Origin: Candidatus Colwellbacteria bacterium
GTDB lineage: Bacteria > Patescibacteriota > Minisyncoccia > UBA6257 > Colwellbacteraceae
Length of the DNA stretch: 62,621 nucleotides
Reading direction: 5' to 3'
Assembly: GCA_028718505.1 (NCBI GenBank)
Contig: JAQULQ010000001.1
Coordinates: forward strand, 1 to 62,621
The notes under the pieces are model-generated. The model worked only from the letters and a program-made list of their open reading frames with translations, did no database searches and was not told the origin of the DNA. The position numbers and the translations under genes are program-made. Positions 55,461 to 62,621 of the stretch are shown here, piece by piece (the first letter of the stretch is position 1; the number at the start of each line of letters is the position of its first letter).

Positions 55461-56006
55461 ATGAGTAAGATAGGCAATAAACCCATTAATATTCCGGCTG
55501 GAGTTGATGTCCGTGTTGGGTCCGAGGCAATCGAGATCAAGGGACCGAACGCCTCTTTGCAGGTGCCGATCCTGAGGAACGTAGAAGTAGAGGTAAAAGA
55601 CGGGCAGGTTCGCTTTAGTATCAAGAACGAGAACACGCAGTCCAAAAGCGACTGGGGAACTATGCGTGCTTTGGTGCAGAATGCGGTCAGTGGCTCTACA
55701 GAAAACTTTGTTAAAACGTTGATTCTTGAGGGTGTTGGTTTTCGGGCCAGCATGGAGGGAGAACAGCTTATTATGAATTTGGGCTTTTCTCATCCCGTAA
55801 AATTTCTTGCCCCAGAGAACGTAAAGATCGAAGTCGACGGCAATTTTATCAAGGTATCAGGTGCCGATAAATCGCAAGTCGGAGAAGCGGCAGCTAATAT
55901 TCGAAAATTGAAAAAACCAGAGCCTTATAAAGGCAAGGGGATAAGATATGCTGACGAAGTGATCAGAAGGAAGGCCGGAAAGAAAGCCGTTAGCGGTAGT
56001 TCCTGA
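55461..56006 (+). CDS. rplF: 50S ribosomal protein L6
   Basis: SKIGNKPINIPAGV...PEPYKGKGIRY. Confidence 0.95.
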   Translation: MSKIGNKPINIPAGVDVRVGSEAIEIKGPNASLQVPILRNVEVEVKDGQVRFSIKNENTQSKSDWGTMRALVQNAVSGSTENFVKTLILEGVGFRASMEGEQLIMNLGFSHPVKFLAPENVKIEVDGNFIKVSGADKSQVGEAAANIRKLKKPEPYKGKGIRYADEVIRRKAGKKAVSGSS

Positions 56007-56016
56007 TCTAATCGCC

Positions 56017-56364
56017 ATGAAAAATAAAACTTTAATTAAACGGTCTGTCAGACAAAAAAGGACGCGGTCCAGGATTTTTGGAGTACCCGAGAAACCCAGA
56101 GCTTCTGTCTTCAGAAGCCATCAGTATTTAGAGTTACAGTTGATTGATGATACAGCTGGTAAAACGATGGTCCGGGTTTCTACCAAAGAGACAGAAGGAG
56201 CATACAGTAAAACGGAATCTGCACAGAAAGCGGGCGAACTGTTAGCTAAAAGAGCTAAAGAGGCTGGTATCAACGAAGTTGTTTTCGATAGGCGTCATTA
56301 TAAGTATCACGGCCGAGTGAAGGCTGCAGCTGAGGGTATGCGCGCCGGCGGACTCAAACTATAA
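56017..56364 (+). CDS. rplR: 50S ribosomal protein L18
   Basis: RPRASVFRSHQYLELQLIDD...YHGRVKAAAEGMRAGGLK. Confidence 0.94.
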   Translation: MKNKTLIKRSVRQKRTRSRIFGVPEKPRASVFRSHQYLELQLIDDTAGKTMVRVSTKETEGAYSKTESAQKAGELLAKRAKEAGINEVVFDRRHYKYHGRVKAAAEGMRAGGLKL

Positions 56365-56373
56365 TCAGAGCAT

Positions 56374-56850
56374 ATGGCATTTGATAGAAAAAAAGAGGGG
56401 GATCGCATGAAAGCCCGTAAATCGGAGTTCGAAGAGCAGGTCGTCGATCTTAGGAGGGTCACACGTGTGATGGCGGGAGGGAAACGATTCCGCTTTAGGG
56501 CAACCGTTATTATCGGCGACGGCAAGGGAAGAGTGGGCGTTGGTATAGCTAAGGGCCTTGACGTGGAAACCTCTATCAATAAAGCCAGAGCTAAGGCAAA
56601 AAACAATATTATTGGAATAGATATCAAAAACGGCACTATCGCTCATGAAGTGAAGGCGAAATATAGCGCCGCTCAGGTTTTACTGAAACCGGCCCCCGAA
56701 GGACATGGCCTTATGGCTGGCGGTTCTCCGAGGTTAGTGCTCAAATTAGCCGGCGTGAGGGACGTTACGGCTAAGTGTTTGGGTAATACCAACAATAAAT
56801 TGACCAATGCACTAGCAGCGATCGAGGCGCTCAAGAAACTTAAAAAATAG
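56374..56850 (+). CDS. rpsE: 30S ribosomal protein S5
   Basis: RVTRVMAGGKRFRFRATVIIGDGKGRVGVGIAKG. Confidence 0.95.
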   Translation: MAFDRKKEGDRMKARKSEFEEQVVDLRRVTRVMAGGKRFRFRATVIIGDGKGRVGVGIAKGLDVETSINKARAKAKNNIIGIDIKNGTIAHEVKAKYSAAQVLLKPAPEGHGLMAGGSPRLVLKLAGVRDVTAKCLGNTNNKLTNALAAIEALKKLKK

Positions 56851-56854
56851 AACT

Positions 56855-57118
56855 ATGAATCTTCATCAGCTTGTTCCGTTACACAAAAAAGCTTCGAAAA
56901 AGAGAATCGGACGCGGAGGGAAACGTGGTACATATTCGGGTAAAGGTGTTAAGGGGCAAAAATCGCGTGCTGGCAAAAGAATCCGGCCGGGAACACGGGA
57001 TTTGATCCAACAGATCCCGAAATTGAGAGGCTCAAGAAATATGGGTGCTCGCAAAAGAAAGCGCGGCTCCAGGCGTGTCAGCGAACAGATAAACTCTAAT
57101 GCTCAGCAAACTAGTTAA
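56855..57118 (+). CDS. rplO: 50S ribosomal protein L15, C-terminally truncated (87 aa)
   Basis: KRIGRGGKRGTYSGKGVKGQKSRAG...IPKLRG is the L15 N-terminal extension. The ORF stops 20 nt inside secY. Confidence 0.8.
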   Translation: MNLHQLVPLHKKASKKRIGRGGKRGTYSGKGVKGQKSRAGKRIRPGTRDLIQQIPKLRGSRNMGARKRKRGSRRVSEQINSNAQQTS

Positions 57119-58370
57119 AGCGTTCAGGCTTAAGGATATTCGGAATAAGATACTGATCGTAGCGTTGATTTTAGTATTCTTCAGAGTTTTGGCGAATATC
57201 CCCATCCCCGGTGTAGACCAGCAGGCACTCAGCAATTTCTTTTCTAGTAACCAACTCTTCGGCTTTCTGAATCTTTTTTCCGGCGGAGCTTTGCAGAACC
57301 TTTCGATTGCTATGCTCGGTCTTAGCCCATACATCACAGCCATTATTATTATGCAGCTTTTAACGATGGTGTTCCCGAGGCTGAAGGCGATGTATTACGA
57401 AGAAGGAGAGCAGGGCAAAACAAAATTTAACCGTATTTCCCGGTATTTGACGGTGCCGTTGGGAGCTATGCAGGGCTTTGGTTTTATAAAACTGCTGGCC
57501 TCACAGGGGGTTGTGCCGAATTTCACCATCGCAGAGACTTTAGTCAACGTAACGATCATCGTGGCTGGATCCATGGTGTTAGTGTGGCTGGGCGAACTGA
57601 TTGACGAACAGAAGATCGGCAACGGTGTTTCTATCTTAATTATGGCCGGTATTTTAAGCGGCCTGCCTATCGCTGTTAGAAATGCACTGGTCTCATATAC
57701 TCCGAGCGACCTGATCACCTACGGATCGTTCATCGTGCTGACCCTCGTAGTTATAGCGAGTATTGTCGTGGTGAACGAAGGCGAAAGGAAGGTACCCATT
57801 TCTTATGCAAGGCGTGTCAGGGGCAATAAACTTTATGGCGGAGTGAGCAGCTATCTGCCGTTCAGAGTTGGTCAGGCCGGAGTTATCCCGATCATTTTCG
57901 CCATTTCTTTGCTTATTTTCCCTCAATTTTTCGGTCAGATCATCTCTATTGCATCGGCTGATTGGGGTGCTCGAGTAAACGCCTTCACGGCTAATTTTAT
58001 GAATAATCAGCTGCTCTATGGCAGTATCTACTTTTTACTCGTTTTCATTTTTACCTATTTTTATATTGGCATTACTTTCGACCCGGAAGAGATATCCAAA
58101 AATCTGCAGAGAAGCGGCGGTTTTATCCCAGGCATCCGGCCAGGGCATCCAACAGCCGTCTATCTGAAAAGCGTGGTTGCCCGGGTCACACTTTTTGGCG
58201 CTACTTTCTTGGGTCTGATCGCTATCCTCCCGCTTTTAGTACAGGCCATGACCGGAACCCAGGCACTTCAGATCGGCGGCACCTCTATTTTGATCACAGT
58301 TGCTGTAGCTTTGGATATGGCGAAACAAATTGATTCTCAAGTTACGGTTCGTGAATACGAAGGCGCATGA
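57099..58370 (+). CDS. secY: preprotein translocase subunit SecY
   Basis: Ten-TM layout: IRNKILIVALILVFFRVLANIPIPGVD, GNGVSILI. Confidence 0.96.
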   Translation: MLSKLVKAFRLKDIRNKILIVALILVFFRVLANIPIPGVDQQALSNFFSSNQLFGFLNLFSGGALQNLSIAMLGLSPYITAIIIMQLLTMVFPRLKAMYYEEGEQGKTKFNRISRYLTVPLGAMQGFGFIKLLASQGVVPNFTIAETLVNVTIIVAGSMVLVWLGELIDEQKIGNGVSILIMAGILSGLPIAVRNALVSYTPSDLITYGSFIVLTLVVIASIVVVNEGERKVPISYARRVRGNKLYGGVSSYLPFRVGQAGVIPIIFAISLLIFPQFFGQIISIASADWGARVNAFTANFMNNQLLYGSIYFLLVFIFTYFYIGITFDPEEISKNLQRSGGFIPGIRPGHPTAVYLKSVVARVTLFGATFLGLIAILPLLVQAMTGTQALQIGGTSILITVAVALDMAKQIDSQVTVREYEGA

Positions 58371-58957
58371 GGATGAAAGCCATTATAGTAACGGGCCCTC
58401 CGGGTGCGGGTAAGGGGACGCAAGCGACTTATATCGCCGACGAGTTAGGCTTAGTGCACTACGACACTGGAAGTAAGCTCCGCGAATTAATTGCTACTGG
58501 TCAAATAGCCGAGGGGGGACATTTTGAAGGTAAATTAAATGATCCCGCTGAAGTTCGTGAAATAGTAAAAAAAGACGTTCTCGCTATTGCTAAGTCTGGT
58601 AGGGGCGTAGTCCTTAGCGGTTCGCCCAGAACTCTATTAGAAGCTTTTGGAGACATCAATAATGAGGGGTTGGTAAACCTCCTAGAACGCTTATATGAAA
58701 AACAGAACGTGATTATTTTTTCGATAGAAATTTCTCTGGAAGAGTCAATAGAAAGAAACACTAAGAGGGGAGAGGGACGTTTTGATGATAAAGAAGATGT
58801 AATCAGGCTAAGATATAAAGAGCAATACGAAGAGAATATCATCCCTACAATTAAAGTTATCGAAGAAGCTGGGTTCAGGGTAATACATATAGATGGTGCA
58901 CCCTCTCGTGAAGAAGTTTTTGCTGACATCAAAAAGCATTTGAGCGAGATAGTCTAA
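58367..58957 (+). CDS. adk: adenylate kinase
   Basis: GPPGAGKGTQ P-loop. Operon position after secY. Confidence 0.9.
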   Translation: MRMKAIIVTGPPGAGKGTQATYIADELGLVHYDTGSKLRELIATGQIAEGGHFEGKLNDPAEVREIVKKDVLAIAKSGRGVVLSGSPRTLLEAFGDINNEGLVNLLERLYEKQNVIIFSIEISLEESIERNTKRGEGRFDDKEDVIRLRYKEQYEENIIPTIKVIEEAGFRVIHIDGAPSREEVFADIKKHLSEIV

Positions 58958-58964
58958 TTTTCGA

Positions 58965-59723
58965 ATGGCTCTTATAAAATCTCCCGAGCAGATCGAGAAG
59001 ATCAAGAGGTCTGCCAGGATTTTGGCATTTACTTTGCGCACTCTTCAGCGTGCAGCTGGAGTCGGGATAAACCTCTTAGAACTCGAAGAGTTAGCCCGGA
59101 AGAAAATAGAAAACGCCGGAGGCCGACCCGCTTTTCTTGGTTATCTGCCGGATGGTGCTAAAAGACCCTTTCCCTTTGCTCTCTGTATTTCCCTGAATGA
59201 TACTATTGTTCATGGACAGCCACATAATTATGCATTACAAAACGGCGACCTACTGAAGCTGGATTTGGGTATCAACTGGCACGGGGGGATTAGCGATGCT
59301 GCGCTGACTGTACCTATCGGCCGAATAACTGAACAGGAAAAGAAGTTAATTCGGACGACTCGGGAGGCTTTATATGCCGGCATCAAGGCAGCTAGACCTC
59401 GCAACACTTTGGGCGATATTGGATATGCGATCGAAAAGACGGTTCGCCGGGCTGGTTTCGCCGTTGTAAATGGACTGACCGGACACGGAGTAGGTATAGA
59501 TATTCATGAAGAACCCGCTGTCTATAATTTTGGTGAACCCAGAGAAGGCATGGAATTACGCCCCGGTATGGTGTTAGCTCTCGAGCCGATGACGGCTATG
59601 GGAGGACCCAAAATACAGCGGAAGAGTGATGATAGCTACGCTACTCTAGACGGCAGTAAGTCTGCTCATTTTGAGCACACGATCCTTATCACTAAAGGCA
59701 GACCGGCGATTTTAACTCGCTAG
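58965..59723 (+). CDS. map: type I methionine aminopeptidase
   Basis: Pita-bread fold metal ligands (DLLKLDLG, GHGVG, LALEP, HFEHT). Confidence 0.93.
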   Translation: MALIKSPEQIEKIKRSARILAFTLRTLQRAAGVGINLLELEELARKKIENAGGRPAFLGYLPDGAKRPFPFALCISLNDTIVHGQPHNYALQNGDLLKLDLGINWHGGISDAALTVPIGRITEQEKKLIRTTREALYAGIKAARPRNTLGDIGYAIEKTVRRAGFAVVNGLTGHGVGIDIHEEPAVYNFGEPREGMELRPGMVLALEPMTAMGGPKIQRKSDDSYATLDGSKSAHFEHTILITKGRPAILTR

Positions 59724-61024
59724 AGCGCGATACTCCAAAGGCCTTCGGCATCGGTATAGAAGATTTTTTTCTCCTCCGCAGCGTAAATGAATTTCGATGC
59801 GTTCTTTGCCAGCTCATAACTACTTACCGGGGTGCCCATACTAATATCTCTGAAATAAATACTCCCGTTTTCTAGAACGATTATGTGGGCCGTGTCCGTA
59901 TACCAAGAAAATTGGTCAACCTCGTCTCCCAATCCGGTAAACTGCTCTCCGGTGTCAAGGTCATAGATCCAAAGTTCTCCCTCGTTGCTTAAGATAGCGA
60001 CTCGGTTGTTTTTTGCGGCGGTTTCAAAACCAGAAATATCATTAGCTATTACGTTCCGCCGTTCATGCGAGATGTAATTGAGCTCGCCATTTTTATCCAA
60101 AAGCAGCCAGCCGTCATCCGTTTTCGATATTTTCGTGAAATTGCGTCCGGCTAGCTCAAATTTAGCCAGATCTAACGGCTCCGTTCGATTGCGGAAAATT
60201 GGATTAAAACCATAGAGTAGGCCATTCGCGACCCAGGCAAGGGTGCCGTCCGGCTGGTAACCCGCGATTTCGTGAGCGGTAGTTATTAATTCTAAGTTTA
60301 ATCTGTCTATATCAAGAAGATAGAGAGCATTCTCGGTTGAAACATAAAATTGATCCTCATTATTAGGTATGGGGTCGACACCCTGCAATTGTACAAACCC
60401 GGGCAGTCCCAGGCGATCTTCTTTCAAATTATTGAATATCAAGCTTATGTTCAGCCCACTCTGGGCATCTAATTTATCGGTTAAGTAATAATTCCCCGTA
60501 TTTTTACTTTGAGTTAGAAGGGAGCCGCCGTCCGTTATTCGGACAATTTCATGCCCAAAAGTCGGAGTATCATTGAGAGTCACACCATTGTTGTTTTCAA
60601 GCGCCAGTGAGCCCTGGACGATATCAAAGTCAATAAATTTGCCGAACTTTATATTCTTTGGCTCAGATTTCGCAAGCAATACTACGCTGTCTAAAACAGA
60701 AACCTCACCCGGCGTTACGTTAATTCTTTTATGCCAATCCCAGAAACCATCCTGCCGAACAGCGATTTCATAAGTATCGGGGAGAAGATTGGTCAGGAGT
60801 GTCCCCCTTTGCAGCACTCCGGATTTGTTTTTTTGCTCCTCGCCATTTAGCCATATGGATGCTCGGGCGGGCTCTGAGCCGATATATATCCCCCCCGTTC
60901 GTACAAATCCGAAGTTCTGGATATCCAAACGTAATCCTCGTGAATTAAGGATCACCAAAGTGCCCACAACTATGAAGAGAATAACCAGAGAGTAAAAAAG
61001 CACCCGCCTAGTTTTAATAGACAT
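59720..61024 (-). CDS. PEGA-domain membrane-anchored protein with a beta-rich C-terminal region
   Basis: N-terminal TM helix (VLFYSLVILFIVVGTLVIL). PEGA-like segment (IGSEPARASIWLNGEE...LLPDTYEIAVRQDGF). The rest is repetitive beta-strand-like sequence. Confidence 0.65.
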   Translation of the reverse strand: MSIKTRRVLFYSLVILFIVVGTLVILNSRGLRLDIQNFGFVRTGGIYIGSEPARASIWLNGEEQKNKSGVLQRGTLLTNLLPDTYEIAVRQDGFWDWHKRINVTPGEVSVLDSVVLLAKSEPKNIKFGKFIDFDIVQGSLALENNNGVTLNDTPTFGHEIVRITDGGSLLTQSKNTGNYYLTDKLDAQSGLNISLIFNNLKEDRLGLPGFVQLQGVDPIPNNEDQFYVSTENALYLLDIDRLNLELITTAHEIAGYQPDGTLAWVANGLLYGFNPIFRNRTEPLDLAKFELAGRNFTKISKTDDGWLLLDKNGELNYISHERRNVIANDISGFETAAKNNRVAILSNEGELWIYDLDTGEQFTGLGDEVDQFSWYTDTAHIIVLENGSIYFRDISMGTPVSSYELAKNASKFIYAAEEKKIFYTDAEGLWSIAL

Positions 61025-61044
61025 TAGTCCCTATAATAAAGAAG

Positions 61045-62313
61045 GTGAAATTTATTGTAAACGGCGGAAGAAAACTGAAAGGTGCTATAGACGTGAGGGG
61101 ATCTAAAAACGCGGCTTTACCAGCCTTGGCCGCGACCATTCTCTCCAAAAGGCCTTGTATTCTAGATAATTTACCTCTAATAGGGGACATTTTTACTTTT
61201 ATCAGTACTTTGCAGGCTATGGGTTCTCAAATTGATTGGCTTGAGGAGCACAAGGTAAGGATAGACAACAGCCGTTTATCCCCAAAGAAAATGCCAAGAG
61301 ATCTTATTTGCAAAATTAGGGCCTCGGTACTGTTGCTGGGACCGATATTAGCCAGATTTGGAGAGGTTAAAATAAGTACTCCCGGAGGCTGTCACATCGG
61401 GCCAAGGCCGATAGATATTCATCTTGACGCCTTTAGGGAGCTCGGTTTCTCGGTACGTTATTCAAAGGATCAGGATATCTATCATATACGGCGGGAACGT
61501 CGGAGGGTTCAGAAAGAAATCACGCTTAATGGATTGACGGTTACCGGCACAGAAAACCTGCTGATGTACGCTGCCCTTCATCCTCTTAAGATTAAAATAG
61601 CTGCTATCGAACCCCACATAGAAGACTTGGGCAGATTACTTGTAAAGATGGGAGCAAAAATTAACGGTTTCGGCTCCCATACTTTAGAAGTGAAAAAGCC
61701 CATTAATTCAAAAGGGGGCGTGATAAAACACTCTATTATGTACGACCCGATAGAAGCTGGAACGTTCATTATTTTGGCAGCCGCAACTAAAAGCGATATT
61801 CGTATTAAACACGTTCCGATCGACGACCTTACCTTAACTTTAAGAAAGTTGGAAGAATTCGGGGTGAAGTTCGAAACACGGGGACAGGACGTATTCGTTA
61901 AGGGATCGAGGTCCAAACTAACCGCCGTTCCGCGGTTAGTCGCTCAGGAACATCCGGGTATTCCAACCGACCTACAAGCCCCTTTTGGTGTGCTCGCCAC
62001 TCAGGCCAAAGGTGAGACTTTAATTTTTGACACTATCTACGAAGGGCGCCTAAAATACCTCTACGAACTTGATAAAATGGGGGCGAGTATCGATATTCTG
62101 GATTCGCATCGGGCTCGAATAAAAGGCCCCGCCCAGCTTGTGGGTAAAAATGTAGAGAGCATAGATCTGCGGGCCGGAGCGACACTAGTTATTGCTGCCT
62201 TAGTGGCTAGGGGAGAAAGTGTTTTACATCAGGCCGAACAGATAGACCGAGGTTATGAGAAGATAGACGAACGTTTGCGGATGATAAAAGCTGATATCCG
62301 CAGAGTAGAATAA
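61045..62313 (+). CDS. murA: UDP-N-acetylglucosamine 1-carboxyvinyltransferase
   Basis: KFIVNGGRKLKGAIDVRGSKNAALP N-terminus and PGGCHIGPRPID catalytic loop. GTG start. Confidence 0.93.
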   Translation: MKFIVNGGRKLKGAIDVRGSKNAALPALAATILSKRPCILDNLPLIGDIFTFISTLQAMGSQIDWLEEHKVRIDNSRLSPKKMPRDLICKIRASVLLLGPILARFGEVKISTPGGCHIGPRPIDIHLDAFRELGFSVRYSKDQDIYHIRRERRRVQKEITLNGLTVTGTENLLMYAALHPLKIKIAAIEPHIEDLGRLLVKMGAKINGFGSHTLEVKKPINSKGGVIKHSIMYDPIEAGTFIILAAATKSDIRIKHVPIDDLTLTLRKLEEFGVKFETRGQDVFVKGSRSKLTAVPRLVAQEHPGIPTDLQAPFGVLATQAKGETLIFDTIYEGRLKYLYELDKMGASIDILDSHRARIKGPAQLVGKNVESIDLRAGATLVIAALVARGESVLHQAEQIDRGYEKIDERLRMIKADIRRVE

Positions 62314-62322
62314 GAACCGCAT

Positions 62323-62621
62323 ATGTTTATCAATAGAATTGGCATCGATCTTGGCACTACAAATACGGTAGTTTTTGTGCCGTCTAAGGGCTTTGTTATC
62401 AACGAGCCCACTATGGTTGCTCTTAATTCCCCAGATAATACTGTGCTTGCGGTTGGGCGTGAGGCCAAAGAAATGATCGGTAAAACTCCGGGTGATATTA
62501 GGGCATACCGCCCTTTGAAAGACGGAGTCGTCGCTGATTATTACATTACCCGAGCCATGCTGAAATACTTCATTACGAAAGCCGTCGGGCCTTTCAATGT
62601 TATTCGTCCGGATGTTGTTAT
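62323..62621 (+). CDS. mreB: rod shape-determining protein MreB (5' part; runs off the right edge)
   Basis: [34 protein letters not shown]...REAKEMIGKTPGDIRAYRPLKDGVVADY. Confidence 0.9.
   Translation, partial: MFINRIGIDLGTTNTVVFVPSKGFVINEPTMVALNSPDNTVLAVGREAKEMIGKTPGDIRAYRPLKDGVVADYYITRAMLKYFITKAVGPFNVIRPDVV

Overview
This 62.6-kb window is a dense, almost entirely co-directional block of housekeeping genes from a small-genome bacterium. Only miaA, thrS, dnaE, tRNA-Pro, rpmB and one PEGA-domain gene are on the minus strand. Function calls rest on motifs I recognise in the ORF-track translations; no database search was possible.

Gene content, left to right:
- miaA, thrS and dnaE on the minus strand.
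- rnhB-rpmF-nusB-rnc-smc-rpsP-KH-trmD-rpsB-tsf.
- A tRNA-Tyr/tRNA-Thr spacer, then murC, tRNA-Thr, rpmG and pcm.
- rplJL, then a partial dcw cluster (mraZ-rsmH-ftsL-ftsI).
- tRNA-Glu, pgi/pmi, rplU, cysS, dnaB and recR.
- grpE-dnaK-(membrane protein)-dnaJ, tRNA-Lys and secDF.
- A three-gene module: sigma-r4/HARE-HTH protein, membrane protein and TraD/VirD4-like ATPase.
- efp, mnmA, PduO-type adenosyltransferase, split comEC, aspS and ndk.
- tRNA-Pro and rpmB on the minus strand, then an M50 protease.
- The str-S10-spc ribosomal superoperon from rpsL through map, then a PEGA protein (minus), murA and the 5' end of mreB.

TGA is used as a stop codon, so the genetic code is standard. Several features fit a Candidate Phyla Radiation / Patescibacteria-like lineage, which is an inference only:
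- L30 is absent between S5 and L15.
- L15, L3, L5, EF-Ts and SMC are miniaturised.
- Shine-Dalgarno sequences are scarce.
- ComEC is split into two ORFs.
- There is an orphan TraD-like ATPase.

The signals most worth a second look:
1. Five of the six tRNA genes are flanked by extra copies of their own acceptor or T-arm sequence. This includes a conserved, equally sized structured module of about 105 nt fused to the 3' ends of tRNA-Tyr and tRNA-Glu.
2. Three perfect TGTGGATAA (DnaA-box) 9-mers sit within six GTGG direct repeats immediately upstream of mraZ.
3. The sigma-r4/HARE-HTH + membrane protein + TraD-like ATPase module has no other secretion genes nearby.
4. The SMC is half length and has no hinge.
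5. rpsB is interrupted by a 1-nt frame change in a G run.

No CRISPR array, transposase, integrase or rRNA gene was seen.
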